DNA from: an uncultured virus (IMG/VR IMGVR_UViG_3300013004_000029)
Taxonomy: Duplodnaviria > Heunggongvirae > Uroviricota > Caudoviricetes
Strand: one strand, 5' to 3'
DNA length: 64,000 nucleotides
IMG/VR virus record: IMGVR_UViG_3300013004_000029
Position numbers and translations under genes: made by a program. The notes under the pieces were generated by a model. It saw only the letters and a list, made by a program, of their open reading frames with translations, ran no database searches and was not told the origin of the DNA. Below are positions 13,631 through 25,049 of the stretch, piece by piece; the stretch's first letter is position 1, and each line of letters opens with the position of its first letter.

Positions 13631-15115
13631 CTATTGGGGCAATATACATGTTTTCAACAATTTATTTGGATCACAGGTTTCTCCAAGTTCTAATCCAGAT
13701 TCTGTGGAAACATTTTGTGGATATTCTATCAATTCAAAATTTCTGGGAAGTTCGGAACAATTTCTTGTGTTTACCAAATATACTAATCTAGTGTTTTTTA
13801 CAACGCCAGTTTCCAAATCTTTTAAAGAAGCATATATTATTGAGATTTGGTTATTTGTCATATTAAACATGGATGTTACTGTTTGTTGTGTTTCTCCGGC
13901 AAAAAATCTTCCAGTCATAGGTTCTATAGATATGGGAGCATTCGCAGGTATTGTGTAGAATTTATATTCGTAATATCCATTAATAGTAAGATTATTAGCT
14001 GTTAAGCTAAGTGGGGTATCTATATAAGAATTATTGTTCTCAATAATATTAGGAACACTAGCTGTATTATTGGTGCCAAAAGATTGATTGATGGTATTTC
14101 CTAAAACATCAAGATTTGTAAAATTAATAGTAAACTGATCATTAATATTAGATAATAATGCTTTTTCAATAATTGGTTGATTAATAGATGTGTCAAGTTT
14201 ACAGATGGGGCATATGATTTGTGCAATATCTCTGCTGAGTGTAGTGCTGTTCCTCAATAAAGAAATTTCTACAAGAGCAGATTGTGTGCATCTGAGACTC
14301 ATTTGTACCTTGCAAGAAATATTTCTTGATGATGGAGTAATAGTAAATCCATTCAAATATTCTTGAGTAAATTTATTGGTGCAGCATGGGTTTGAGAATT
14401 CATATGTCTTCTCATTTAATGGTATAGTATTAAGAGATTGAATATCTAATACTCTGTATTTAATAGCATATTCTGTTCCAGGTTCCATATTTGTAATATC
14501 AAAATCTAGACTTACAGTATCTAAACATTCTAGTCTTTTGACAGCAGAAAGGCTCGATAAAATATTTTCAGTCACAGAAACTGCCTGACCAGCAGATGAA
14601 CAGCTACTATAAATGATATTTTCTTCTGGATCTTTAATTCTAACCCAAGTAATATCTGTATGAGGATTAGTATTTGTTGGGTGTGGAAAAATATTAATGG
14701 TATAGTTGATTGGATCGTTATCTGCTATTTGATTAGCAGTGGATTCTGATATAATATTCGCTGAATATCTATCCATTTCCGATGCTCCTATGCCATCGGA
14801 CATTAATGGTGGACGAGGAGCTATTGGATGATCCGGTCTTTCAACTGTGCCACCACCCTCTATTTGATTATTTAAATTAGCTTCCAAGACCACAACATCA
14901 TTAATAACAATATTGAATCGGGCACGATCACAACTATGTCCCTTTCCGCAAGGAGCACCAACAACAGTGGTTGGATCATCAACATATATAGCCTCAACCA
15001 TATATCCTTTAAGAGTAAATCTGTTTGGTATAATGACCGTATTTAATGTATTATTTTTAAATTTGATTCTTTCCATTGTTTTTACCTTATGCACAATTTC
15101 TAATGTTGAGTACAA
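13631..15115 (-). CDS. Putative virion protein: His/Cys N-terminal domain plus two Cys-capped repeat domains
   Basis: GHSCDRARF...NPHTDITWVRI; TNMEPGTEYAIKY; NNLTINGYYEYKF. The true start may be MERIKF. Confidence 0.6.
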   Translation of the reverse strand: MYSTLEIVHKVKTMERIKFKNNTLNTVIIPNRFTLKGYMVEAIYVDDPTTVVGAPCGKGHSCDRARFNIVINDVVVLEANLNNQIEGGGTVERPDHPIAPRPPLMSDGIGASEMDRYSANIISESTANQIADNDPINYTINIFPHPTNTNPHTDITWVRIKDPEENIIYSSCSSAGQAVSVTENILSSLSAVKRLECLDTVSLDFDITNMEPGTEYAIKYRVLDIQSLNTIPLNEKTYEFSNPCCTNKFTQEYLNGFTITPSSRNISCKVQMSLRCTQSALVEISLLRNSTTLSRDIAQIICPICKLDTSINQPIIEKALLSNINDQFTINFTNLDVLGNTINQSFGTNNTASVPNIIENNNSYIDTPLSLTANNLTINGYYEYKFYTIPANAPISIEPMTGRFFAGETQQTVTSMFNMTNNQISIIYASLKDLETGVVKNTRLVYLVNTRNCSELPRNFELIEYPQNVSTESGLELGETCDPNKLLKTCILPQ

Positions 15116-17228
15116 AAATCTTAGTAAATATTACTGTTCCCGTATTATCTAAAATAGAGGCTATGCAAGTCTTATTATTATTTAGTGCCTTGTCAATGTT
15201 GCTCACATCTACACTAACAGAACCTTGACTATCCGTGGCTTTTATCTCAAACGAAGCCGCAACTAACTCAGATTTATCAGATGCTTTTGTAATCTGTATT
15301 ACGTATGAACCAGCTAATGATTCTTTGTTTTTCTTCCATGCGAAAGTAACAACAGGAATTTGATTGTCGCAACTATCTGTAACAGTATCAATAAAAATGT
15401 CACTGGTTGCTGGGGGCGGTGTTGGACTTGGTGTTGGAGAAGGTGCTGGCGCACATGGACATTCTTCTATAACAATTCCATCATCTATAGCTGTTGTTGT
15501 ATTACAAAAATCGCTAAAGTCTATATTACCAAAAACTTCATTTTGTCTTGGTCCAAAAGACTGAGTATCAGAATTTAAGGTGATTGTTTTTATACCAAAA
15601 TTAGAATATGTATTGGAGCCGTAATATCCTGCTAAAACATAAGATTTAGGAGATATTTCTATAACTCTTTTAACTATATTATGCTCATCAAGTGAGCTAA
15701 ATCTGTCTAATTTAATTGGAGATGCTGTAGTAATATTATTAGATAATTTTAAATATCCAAACAATACTCTGGTTGAAGTATCATATTTTGTTACAGATTG
15801 TGACTTAATTCCAAGGGTGCCATAACTATCTTCGGGCTGTCTATCACAAGGAACTGTTGTGCAGTCGCGGTAGTCTAGTCCTGAATAATTAAATTGTCCA
15901 GTAATTAATGATTGTTTTTCTAGCCAGTGTAATAGTGATTGGTTTGATCCTCCTAACTGATCCAATGAATTACTTTTGATAGAGAGGTTTAGAAATAAAA
16001 TAACTTCTGAGCCTAGATCTAATTGATTGCATCGGATATTCTCAAAATTAACTTTTAGTGAACCACTATTAGTATTATCGGAAATAGTAAATACGGTATT
16101 GGGTATGATTACTGGTTGATCGGTCGTTGCGATACCGGTTTCTGCATATTTATTAATTTGTAAGCTAGTGTTGTTGTTATTAATGATTAAACAAATTATA
16201 TTCTTATTATCAATTGTTTTAACGAAAATATTTTGTAGATAGGTATTTTTATTATCGGTGTTGGCATAAATATATCCTTTATCTCCAAAATTTTCATCCA
16301 TAGTACCAGAAAACATATTGTATTTAGCTACTATAACCGTGTTTTGTTTTATAGATGAAAATGTTTCAAATACAATATATAAAGTATCATTAGAAAAATA
16401 AACTTCTTTACCAATGAATTTACTACCGTCGAACTCTGATAATGATGATCTAAGTTGTATATATGTTTTATTATTATTGAAAGTGTTATCTATAAGACCA
16501 GAATTAGTAAGTCTCAATACTATACCAAGAGATCTTTTATTAACAATGTCATATCCATTACAAAATAGTAAAATTTTATTATCTGTTTGAATATGCAAGC
16601 CAAAAACATCTAAAAGTTTAATTGACGATGATTCACCTATTGTATCTATTGTTACGTATCCGGTTCCAGAGCCAAATGTTCTGTCCAATGCTCCTGTTGC
16701 TGAATATCTGGCAACTAGTGCTTTGTAGTCTGTTTGTCCTGCTGCTATAATTTTGGTTTGTCCTGATACGGTTTGTGTTGTTATGTGATCAAATTTTGCA
16801 GAGACTCTTAGGTTGTTGGAGTTATAGAATATGCTATTAACTTTGCCCTTGGTTCCAAAATCACTGTCTATAGAGAAATATGTTGAAGTTTTACCGTCTG
16901 TTTGTTGTACATATTGTAGTTTTGTTTTACCAACAAGCGCCCTAGATACTGGAACATTATCATTAATAGATAAGCATGATCCATAACCTGTCATAATTAA
17001 CTCATTATCTGATATTTTAGTAACAGATGTAAGCTTATCAGTAGATACCAACTTTAGAGAATCTTTAACAGTATAATTATTACAGGCAACACTGGTTTTG
17101 AGATTAACGGTGATACATGCAACTGTTGGAGTTGGTGTTGGGGTTTGGCATGGTGGGCAGTTGATCCCTGTATTTTCTTGTCTAGAAAAATTTAATGGGT
17201 CTTTGCCGATTTGTACCTGTTTTACCAT
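15087..17228 (-). CDS. Delta-60-like beta-propeller repeat virion protein
   Basis: LVARYSATGALDRTFGSGTG; IQTDNKILL...LRLTNSGLIDNTF; GTMDENFGDKG. Confidence 0.65.
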   Translation of the reverse strand: MVKQVQIGKDPLNFSRQENTGINCPPCQTPTPTPTVACITVNLKTSVACNNYTVKDSLKLVSTDKLTSVTKISDNELIMTGYGSCLSINDNVPVSRALVGKTKLQYVQQTDGKTSTYFSIDSDFGTKGKVNSIFYNSNNLRVSAKFDHITTQTVSGQTKIIAAGQTDYKALVARYSATGALDRTFGSGTGYVTIDTIGESSSIKLLDVFGLHIQTDNKILLFCNGYDIVNKRSLGIVLRLTNSGLIDNTFNNNKTYIQLRSSLSEFDGSKFIGKEVYFSNDTLYIVFETFSSIKQNTVIVAKYNMFSGTMDENFGDKGYIYANTDNKNTYLQNIFVKTIDNKNIICLIINNNNTSLQINKYAETGIATTDQPVIIPNTVFTISDNTNSGSLKVNFENIRCNQLDLGSEVILFLNLSIKSNSLDQLGGSNQSLLHWLEKQSLITGQFNYSGLDYRDCTTVPCDRQPEDSYGTLGIKSQSVTKYDTSTRVLFGYLKLSNNITTASPIKLDRFSSLDEHNIVKRVIEISPKSYVLAGYYGSNTYSNFGIKTITLNSDTQSFGPRQNEVFGNIDFSDFCNTTTAIDDGIVIEECPCAPAPSPTPSPTPPPATSDIFIDTVTDSCDNQIPVVTFAWKKNKESLAGSYVIQITKASDKSELVAASFEIKATDSQGSVSVDVSNIDKALNNNKTCIASILDNTGTVIFTKIFVLNIRNCA

Positions 17229-17240
17229 GTAGTCTACTCC

Positions 17241-19544
17241 TTAGTTAATAATCCATACAGAGTCTTTGTTTACTACACCCTGAGAAACATAGACCCTTAA
17301 TTCTGTGATTATATTTAAATTATCTCTAACGTCTGAAGATCTGTACCATGACTTATCCGCTCCAGCTACTATGTATATACCATTTTCAATAGGATCTGTT
17401 TGGTTTTTAACTAATACTCTATCATTAATGGATGTTTGTATTCCATCTATTACAGGTAGTCCTGTTAGAGTTATATTAGCAACTGTAGCTAAACGAACCT
17501 GTCTAATAATAACATCATCAACACATCTCAAGTCAGATTGTATAGCACCTTGTGTTGAAAAATTGGATGGTAATAACCATTCACTCTTAGAATTAATGTT
17601 GCCTTGTTGTATGTAAACAGGACAATAGTTATCTTGTGATCCGGCTAAATTATCGGAGAATAATTTGCACCATTCTCCTGTGGTGGGAACATAAGAAACT
17701 AAAACCCAAGGAGCAAATTGACTACCAGAATTTTGTACAGTATACACATCTGAACCTGTCCATGTATTTCCTCCAATATTATTCTTAACTAATACTAAAT
17801 CTCCATTATCTAAAGATATTCCATCTATAACGAGCGGAGATCTAGAACCTGTCATTATAGCTGATCTATATGATCCAGATAGATTTGTGTATGGTAGTGC
17901 TTCTGTGGTACCAACCTTAACTATGAGATAGTTTCTCATAGCACATCTATTAACCAAGCTTGGTGTGGGCGTATTGGTAGCTGTAGGACTACTTGTGACC
18001 GTAGCTGTTGGTGTTGGTGTGGATGTTGTTGTTGGTGTTGGAGTATTAGTACTAGTCACACTAGGAGTAGGAGTATTGGTTGGTGTCTGGCTAGGTGTAG
18101 TAGTATTTGTTGGGGTCTGAGTGTTAGTAGGTGTTGGTGTTGTAGTCTGAGTTGGTGTGCTTGTAGCCGTATTTGTCGGAGTTAATGTGTTTGTAGGAGT
18201 TGGAGTAGGTGTGACATTAATAATTTTACGACAATCATCAGAAAAATAGAAACAGATATTGCTATTTACGGGATCGTTAATAAAGAAAACAGATGCTCCT
18301 GTACAATCTGTTACATTCTTATATTCTTCTGACTCACAAGATACTAATACAGATCTACTCTTTAATAGATTTCTACTATCATCATATAAATTAATGGTTA
18401 AATAATTCAGTTCGCAGAATTCTTGTTTAACCGCGATGAAAGCTGTTGTTAAATACTCATAATACTGTGCAACAAAATTATCTTCAGTAGAATATACCTT
18501 AACATTATCTGTTCCAATAATTTCAAAAAAGTATCTATTGCCAATATTTAAATTAACAAAAACAACCTGTATTCTATGATGAGGAGAAATAAGCTTATTG
18601 TTAGTGCAGCAACCTAGGAAGTACGCTGGTTTATCAGTACCTATACATTCATCGAGAGGATAGTTGGTTGGGCTAGGTGTTGGTGTTTGACTGGTAGTAT
18701 TGGTCGGTGTTAATGTAGTGGTTGGTGTTGCGGTCAGTGTTGGTGTTAGTGATGGAGTAATAGACTGTGTTGGTGTTGATGTATTGGTAGGAGTAACTGT
18801 AGGTGTTGCTGTAGTAGTTGGTGTCGCACTATTCGTTGGTGTGCATGTATTAGTTGCAGTATTAGTAGGCGTCTGTGTTGGAGTAGATGTGTTAGTCGGA
18901 GTAGTTGTATTAGTAGGAGTATTTGTTGGCGTTGGCGAAACTGGTGGTGTTTCACTTGGCGTAGGGGAGTTGGTTGGTGTCTGTGTAGGAGTTGTAGTAT
19001 TAGTTGGTGTTTGGGAAGGCGTTGCTGTATTAGTAACAGTATTAGTTGGTGTGTTAGTTGTTGTAGTAGTCGGAGTTGGTGTTGAAGTTGGAGTCTGGCT
19101 ATTAGTTGGAGTATTTGTTGTTGTGCTTGTGACAGTAGAGGTGGGCGTATTTGTTGGCGTCTGACTAGGAGTATTGGTGGGAGTTGGAGTATTAGTAGGC
19201 GTTGGAGTTATACCGGGAGGGATTCCTCCACAGTCTAGTGTTATATTATCCTCTACAACCTCATCTGTAGAAAGATCTGTCAAAGAAGCATTAAAAATAT
19301 AATATCTTGCATCTTGACATGTGGCCTTGACCAAGAAATTACCAAGAACAGTAGAATTGGCAACAAAAGTTTCATAAGGAGGATCAAAACTAACTGTGCC
19401 GTCAGAAGTAACTTTTGTAAAATTTAATTGATAGCTATGGCCAGGAATTAATCCACTAATATTTAAAAAGATTTCTACTCCTAATGAACAAACATCAGGA
19501 TTATTGGTTTGAATAATAGTTTTTGTAAATTGTAGACTTAACAT
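17241..19544 (-). CDS. Tail-fibre-related protein: two Cys-capped repeat domains, long PT tracts, two C-terminal tail-fibre-type domains
   Basis: [19 protein letters not shown]...[17 protein letters not shown] matches a motif common in phage tail fibre proteins. Confidence 0.65.
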   Translation of the reverse strand: MLSLQFTKTIIQTNNPDVCSLGVEIFLNISGLIPGHSYQLNFTKVTSDGTVSFDPPYETFVANSTVLGNFLVKATCQDARYYIFNASLTDLSTDEVVEDNITLDCGGIPPGITPTPTNTPTPTNTPSQTPTNTPTSTVTSTTTNTPTNSQTPTSTPTPTTTTTNTPTNTVTNTATPSQTPTNTTTPTQTPTNSPTPSETPPVSPTPTNTPTNTTTPTNTSTPTQTPTNTATNTCTPTNSATPTTTATPTVTPTNTSTPTQSITPSLTPTLTATPTTTLTPTNTTSQTPTPSPTNYPLDECIGTDKPAYFLGCCTNNKLISPHHRIQVVFVNLNIGNRYFFEIIGTDNVKVYSTEDNFVAQYYEYLTTAFIAVKQEFCELNYLTINLYDDSRNLLKSRSVLVSCESEEYKNVTDCTGASVFFINDPVNSNICFYFSDDCRKIINVTPTPTPTNTLTPTNTATSTPTQTTTPTPTNTQTPTNTTTPSQTPTNTPTPSVTSTNTPTPTTTSTPTPTATVTSSPTATNTPTPSLVNRCAMRNYLIVKVGTTEALPYTNLSGSYRSAIMTGSRSPLVIDGISLDNGDLVLVKNNIGGNTWTGSDVYTVQNSGSQFAPWVLVSYVPTTGEWCKLFSDNLAGSQDNYCPVYIQQGNINSKSEWLLPSNFSTQGAIQSDLRCVDDVIIRQVRLATVANITLTGLPVIDGIQTSINDRVLVKNQTDPIENGIYIVAGADKSWYRSSDVRDNLNIITELRVYVSQGVVNKDSVWIIN
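18660..19210 (-). repeat. Thr/Pro mucin-like tract (about 180 aa)
   Basis: Translation of 17241..19544; a second tract lies at about 17960-18215. Confidence 0.9.
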
Positions 19545-19554
19545 TTATTTCCTC

Positions 19555-20202
19555 TCACTTGCACTTTAGTGTGGCCAGTGTACTATCTGAAAAATTATTG
19601 TATGAGTCTGTGACTGTTAATTTAACAATAACAGATTTTGATCTGCCAGAATATTGCACCAAAGTATTGATATTTTCTACATCTGTTGTAGCAATAACAG
19701 TACCGCTAGGAGGAGAGAATTTAAGATTACCACTTTCTCTAGAATCGAGAGCAGAAAAACTATAAGCATATCTATTCCCAGAAATTAGATTAGTAATTTT
19801 TCCAATTAAACTATTATCAAATCCTCCACAGTCTATAATAATATTATTTTGTTCAAATGAAGCAGCTAGGAATTTTGGTTGTCCACATTCGAGGGTCATA
19901 ATATCTTCAACCCTATCTGTGTTATCATTATTGTTAACAATAGATACTTTTATAACATGAACTCTAGTATTTTTTAGTTCTGCTACAACCATAAAACTTT
20001 CGGAAATCTGTGTTCCAGTAATATTAAAATTATTAGGCTTAAATACTGCTGATCCTGAGCCGATTGTACTTAATGAGCAATTATATTGTACTCCTGGCAC
20101 CATGTTCTCAACCTTAAAGGATAGGATAACCCCTTTAGGACAACAGTCTGGATTATCAATTTTTTGGGTTGTATTATCAAATTTTACTGATAGTTTTGAC
20201 AT
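19555..20202 (-). CDS. Protein made of two Cys-capped repeat domains
   Basis: ENMVPGVQY...DIMTLECG; TNLISGNRYAYSF...FSPPSG...TLKCK. Confidence 0.6.
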   Translation of the reverse strand: MSKLSVKFDNTTQKIDNPDCCPKGVILSFKVENMVPGVQYNCSLSTIGSGSAVFKPNNFNITGTQISESFMVVAELKNTRVHVIKVSIVNNNDNTDRVEDIMTLECGQPKFLAASFEQNNIIIDCGGFDNSLIGKITNLISGNRYAYSFSALDSRESGNLKFSPPSGTVIATTDVENINTLVQYSGRSKSVIVKLTVTDSYNNFSDSTLATLKCK

Positions 20203-20210
20203 AATCTTTC

Positions 20211-20954
20211 CTAATTACAGGTTGAACACTGAACTAATAAGTAGTCTTCAAAAGAATCTTGTGCTTGATTTTCTACAACTATTTTAATACAATATATATT
20301 GCTTTGTCCAATAAATTTAGCAACAGTATTTATGTTTTGAATGACATCACCGGCTGAAACAACCCCACTAGCTGGTTGAAAAGAAATAGTTGTTTTGGGA
20401 TTGGTTTCGAGTGAAGAAAATGTATAAGTATAATTTTCTCCTAAAGTAGCATTATTAATTAATGCTTGTATATTTACTTGAGCATCACATCTGTAGGGCG
20501 CAGCAACCGGCAATAATGGTCTGTCGGCAAATCTAACATATTCTGAAAGTACTATTGGTACTGGCTCTGTTGGACATGTAATAATACTGCCACATTTAAC
20601 AGTTACCATGTCGGAGGCGGAAGACGGAGAACCGGTTCTTGTTATAAGAACATTCATTATGTAGACCTGACTATCATTTATAGTGGCTACAGTAGAAAAC
20701 TTTTGTGTTGCTTTGGATGCGTAGAATGTTTCTGTTGATGGTGAAAAAATGTTATCATTAAGATTTTTTAAAGAATATTGTATAGTATATTGTCTACCAA
20801 GCTCTAAACCATTAGCTACTACAGATACTATAATTCTTTTGCATTTTATTTGGTCTGTGTTTAGCTCTACAATTTTACTAGTTTGTATATCGTATGTTTC
20901 TGGAGTAAAATAGTGGCTAAAATCAAAGTCTATAGATAGATTAGTATCGTTCAT
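20211..20954 (-). CDS. Protein made of two Cys-capped repeat domains
   Basis: NGLELGRQY...DMVTVKCG; NNATLGENYTYTF...FQPASG...DYLLVQCSTC. Confidence 0.6.
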   Translation of the reverse strand: MNDTNLSIDFDFSHYFTPETYDIQTSKIVELNTDQIKCKRIIVSVVANGLELGRQYTIQYSLKNLNDNIFSPSTETFYASKATQKFSTVATINDSQVYIMNVLITRTGSPSSASDMVTVKCGSIITCPTEPVPIVLSEYVRFADRPLLPVAAPYRCDAQVNIQALINNATLGENYTYTFSSLETNPKTTISFQPASGVVSAGDVIQNINTVAKFIGQSNIYCIKIVVENQAQDSFEDYLLVQCSTCN

Positions 20955-21006
20955 TTTTTGACCTATTATTGATCATGGGACGTCCTCATATTAAATTATA
21001 CACTGT

Positions 21007-21954
21007 TCATGTGTTTTTATGGTTATTGCATCGTACAACAGCCATCGCATCGATATTATTGAAACCATCAAAAATACGACACTTAATAAGGCTCTCAACT
21101 GTATCGCTCAAAATTTGGATATTGGTATAAATATTCATCTCTGGTTCTGATAAGTATACTATTCCACTAGGATTATCAAATACCACATATTCTGGATTAT
21201 CTATACTGCTAAATGTATATGAATATTGCTGATTTAATTGACCGGTTAAATTGACATTGATCAATTTGGGAGATGTGCAGCATTCCAAATCAATAATGTG
21301 TTCGGGGAAACTCATAGAAAAATCAACAGGCTTAGGCAGAGGAGTTTCCGTATTACTTGGAGTAATAGATGGGGTTGGGGTATTGGTAGCAGTTTGTGAT
21401 GGGGTGACAGTATTAGTTGGACTGTTTGTTGGAGTGTTGGTTGGAGTCTGTGTGGGCGTAGGAGTATTAGTTGGAGTTTCGCTTGGAGTAGAAGTATTGG
21501 TAACAGTATTTGTTGGAGTAGGAGTTGCTGTGCTTGTATTGGTTGGCGTAGGAGTTTGTGTCGGTGTATTTGTTGGGGTTTCTGAAGCTGTAGGTGTTGG
21601 AGTATTGGTGGATGTGTATGTGGGTGTTTGTGTGATACATAATTCGCCGCACTCTATAGAAGCGAAATCTGTATATATATTAGTACCATTTTTGGTAATT
21701 GATAATTTTACTAAATGAGAACTTGAACTTTCAATTATACCACTTACTTGTGCCGTTGTATATATATTACTAGTAGGAGAACTTGGAGTATATGAATATC
21801 CGCTTGGATTTAGAATAATTGATCCGCTGGGCGTAGAACCCTGATGAGTAAATGTTACTGCGTATATTTCATTTACTGATAATGGTATTCCACTAAATGG
21901 TATAACAATTCCATCTATGCACTTACTAATACTATAATTAAAAATTTTAGGCAT
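21007..21954 (-). CDS. Two Cys-capped repeat domains joined by a Thr/Pro tract of about 95 aa
   Basis: DFASIECG, then the PT tract, then ECC...YSYTFSS...PSG...AVVRC. Confidence 0.6.
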   Translation of the reverse strand: MPKIFNYSISKCIDGIVIPFSGIPLSVNEIYAVTFTHQGSTPSGSIILNPSGYSYTPSSPTSNIYTTAQVSGIIESSSSHLVKLSITKNGTNIYTDFASIECGELCITQTPTYTSTNTPTPTASETPTNTPTQTPTPTNTSTATPTPTNTVTNTSTPSETPTNTPTPTQTPTNTPTNSPTNTVTPSQTATNTPTPSITPSNTETPLPKPVDFSMSFPEHIIDLECCTSPKLINVNLTGQLNQQYSYTFSSIDNPEYVVFDNPSGIVYLSEPEMNIYTNIQILSDTVESLIKCRIFDGFNNIDAMAVVRCNNHKNT

Positions 21955-21966
21955 AAAATATTATTC

Positions 21967-22443
21967 CTATGAACAAGCTCTACAACAAATAGATGCTATA
22001 TTTTCTGCTACAACCACATTATTAAGCTTAACAACAAATTTCACCAATGTAACGCTTTCTGGGCCATCCATACTCAAAATAACACTTACGCTTCTTGATG
22101 CATTGGAGGTGGGTAGTAGAGATCCTGTACTATCTCCAGTAAATTGAACTCCATTATTATTTAAGTCAACAAATTCATAAGTATAGCTTTCTCCAACTGT
22201 TAAGTTGGATACTGTAGCAGTGAGGGTGTCTCCGGTACAACAGAAGGTAGAATAGTCACTAAAGGTTATGATTGGCACTGTTGATGCAGATGCGTAGACT
22301 GGTAGGTATTTGATAATAATACCATTAGTTAATTTAGAATACATAATACCAGTTGTGGCATTAATAACTAATTCTCCTACTCCTATTTGATCTGGTGCTG
22401 GTGGGTTGGAGGTGGTTATATCTCTTTTTATATATCCTGACAT
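21967..22443 (-). CDS. Small fibre-like protein: fibre-head-type N-terminus plus one Cys-capped repeat domain
   Basis: YIKR...PAPDQIGVGELVINATTGIMY resembles the short N-terminal motif of phage fibre/tropism proteins; SNLTVGESYTYEF...ICCRAC. Confidence 0.55.
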   Translation of the reverse strand: MSGYIKRDITTSNPPAPDQIGVGELVINATTGIMYSKLTNGIIIKYLPVYASASTVPIITFSDYSTFCCTGDTLTATVSNLTVGESYTYEFVDLNNNGVQFTGDSTGSLLPTSNASRSVSVILSMDGPESVTLVKFVVKLNNVVVAENIASICCRACS

Positions 22444-25034
22444 TATGGCGCTACTCCTGTAAATACTACAACACCGAAGTCAATATCTACATTACCACTT
22501 ACTCTTAATTGTTCTGCATATAAATATCCATTTACTGTAAGTGTAGCATAGTTTTGACTACTAATATTGTATGGTACTGATCCATTGATAACAACTTGGG
22601 ATTCATCGTTATTATTATCGTCATAATCTGCATTAATATATAATGCATAATTATTTGATGAACCATAAACCCCAAAATCTATGTTTGCTTTTCCTGAATT
22701 TAATATTGTTGCTGTGCCGGGTCTGATACTAAACCTGTTAGTAGTTGCACCATTAGTTACAGAACTAGATAAATATCCACCTCTTGTTGTTGAATATATT
22801 TCAGCTGATCCTGATGATATGCCCATGGTGGCTACTAGCAATACTGTTGATCCATTTACAATACTTTGACTATTAATAGTTGTATAATATGTATTATTAT
22901 TTTGTATAATACCTATTGTATCACCGGTAACAAACTCCGCAGAATCTATAATATCATTTATAGTAATTTGTGTACTACTATTAATTGTAGCATTTCTATG
23001 GGGGTATTTATTCCATTGTAAATTAGAGTCATTAAATATTAGATCATTACCAGTAATAGTTTTCCATTTTGCCAAACCATTACCCATGTGAACTAACATT
23101 GCTCCAGATGGCATAACTGATGAACGATCAATAACTAGTCCACTAGTAACAACATATCCATCGGTAAATATATCTGGTTCATTACCATCTATAGTATATT
23201 CATTATTAGTATTAACTTTAATATTTTTGTCAAAGCTAATAGCGGATGCACCTAGTGATATATATGAATAATTAGATAATCTATTGTTATTATCTAATGT
23301 AAGTAAATAATTATTGACTAGATTTGGAATCTGGATATCAGCATTAATATTTAACCCACTATTATTTATATATATATTAGATAAACCGGATGATGATACC
23401 GGGCCAGTTTTCACAAGAATACCACTTGTATTTCCAACTATAATATTTTCTACATTATAGTCGCTAGGAATTATATTCTCTCCACTTGCTACTATAAGTT
23501 GTCCTGTGGTTGAAGCAGTATTGTATCTGAATTCATCAGATGTTATACTGGATACACTTGCTGATCCATTAACGTCTAATGCAACAGATGGGTTTTTACC
23601 AATACCTAGATTACCGGAAGATACGACTATAGCTGGATAACCACTATTTTGTATTTGTATTTTATCATTATCTACAGTTATATAATTATTGTTTCTACCT
23701 ACTGCTACAGTATTGTTTCCACTATAATAAATAGTATCTCCAATAATAATATTATTACTTCCTGATACTATATTATTTTTACCCAATACTGTATGATTAC
23801 CAGTTGTACTATTACCTATACCTATTTTTGTATAATATTTACTAATATCTAAAACGTTGGATAGTTGCTCATTATCTGCTATATCAACAACAAATGCTCC
23901 TTGTGTTGTGGCAGTGGTGGAGTTTAGTATTTTTGACTTGATAACGGCATAATTGATTTGGTTAGCGCTATCATTTTTTCCAGATAGGTTTATAGCAGCA
24001 GGGGTGTCTCCCACCGATGGTATTATGGACGGTTTATGATACAATGTTAATATTGATGGGTTGCTTGAGTGGCGGTTTTCTACTCTGATACTTTCAGCAC
24101 ATGCTGTTTGAAAGATATGTAGAGGAACTTGAGGTATATAATTTGGAGGCATATTCAAGCCAAGCTTACCATCCGCATCAAAAAATAAGTTTTTCCCAGA
24201 CTTTCCATAAACAATAAAGTTATATGATCCATTTTGTAGATTAAATTCATTATTTCCAGAAGCTCTAAGAATGGATGTATAATCAAATTTATCTCCAATC
24301 AATAAATCATGATTTTCATTAGTATAAATATTGGATCCGTCAAATCCTCCATTGCCATCATTGATTTGTAATGAATAAGATGATCCTTGTGGAGTACCGG
24401 ATTGAAGTACTATATTTTGTGATAGAGAAAGCCATCCTGATCCTGTGGATAAAAATTGAATATAATTATCATCCGATAAAGAGTAACCAGATAAACCATC
24501 AATTTTTTGAGAACCAGATGGTATAATAGATAATGTATGATTGTTTGTATTAGTTGTTTTAAATTCTAAAATTAATCCAGCATTATTTTGTGTTGATGCT
24601 GGAAGTAATCCGGACGAATCGACAGATGATAAATCAACAACGTATGTGGCTTTATACGTATCTACTACAAAATTTCCAGATGATTGCACAAAATTATTGA
24701 AAGCATTTTTGTTATTAACTTCATTAGGAACAATATAAATAACCTTACTACCGGCTGTACTAAAGGCGACTACATTATTATTATTCGATGAGCTAACAAC
24801 GGATTCTCTCTGCAAAGCAATATAATTTCCACTTGATACTATATTACCTATACCAGATTCAAATTCCAAATCTCCATTATTAAATAAGTTTCGAGCTAAA
24901 TATGCTACTCTATTATTTATATATGTTAAGTTTATTGGGTTGTATCCGGGCGTAGTACCTGATGGAACAATAGTCCCATTACTATACGAAAAAGGACTGG
25001 CTAAATTATCGAATAGTTTTATGATATTGGTCAT
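22443..25034 (-). CDS. Putative tail fibre / minor tail protein
   Basis: Beta-rich G/S/N sequence, GNLGIGKNPSVALDVNG fibre-type motif; directly downstream of the TMP. Confidence 0.6.
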   Translation of the reverse strand: MTNIIKLFDNLASPFSYSNGTIVPSGTTPGYNPINLTYINNRVAYLARNLFNNGDLEFESGIGNIVSSGNYIALQRESVVSSSNNNNVVAFSTAGSKVIYIVPNEVNNKNAFNNFVQSSGNFVVDTYKATYVVDLSSVDSSGLLPASTQNNAGLILEFKTTNTNNHTLSIIPSGSQKIDGLSGYSLSDDNYIQFLSTGSGWLSLSQNIVLQSGTPQGSSYSLQINDGNGGFDGSNIYTNENHDLLIGDKFDYTSILRASGNNEFNLQNGSYNFIVYGKSGKNLFFDADGKLGLNMPPNYIPQVPLHIFQTACAESIRVENRHSSNPSILTLYHKPSIIPSVGDTPAAINLSGKNDSANQINYAVIKSKILNSTTATTQGAFVVDIADNEQLSNVLDISKYYTKIGIGNSTTGNHTVLGKNNIVSGSNNIIIGDTIYYSGNNTVAVGRNNNYITVDNDKIQIQNSGYPAIVVSSGNLGIGKNPSVALDVNGSASVSSITSDEFRYNTASTTGQLIVASGENIIPSDYNVENIIVGNTSGILVKTGPVSSSGLSNIYINNSGLNINADIQIPNLVNNYLLTLDNNNRLSNYSYISLGASAISFDKNIKVNTNNEYTIDGNEPDIFTDGYVVTSGLVIDRSSVMPSGAMLVHMGNGLAKWKTITGNDLIFNDSNLQWNKYPHRNATINSSTQITINDIIDSAEFVTGDTIGIIQNNNTYYTTINSQSIVNGSTVLLVATMGISSGSAEIYSTTRGGYLSSSVTNGATTNRFSIRPGTATILNSGKANIDFGVYGSSNNYALYINADYDDNNNDESQVVINGSVPYNISSQNYATLTVNGYLYAEQLRVSGNVDIDFGVVVFTGVAP

Positions 25035-25049
25035 ATTTTTATTCTTTCT

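Noticed and set aside
1..22000. gttggtgt-type DNA repeats as CRISPR arrays or DGR repeats
   Set aside because: They are degenerate codon-level repeats inside ORFs. There is no constant repeat with unique spacers, and no cas or reverse transcriptase gene is seen.
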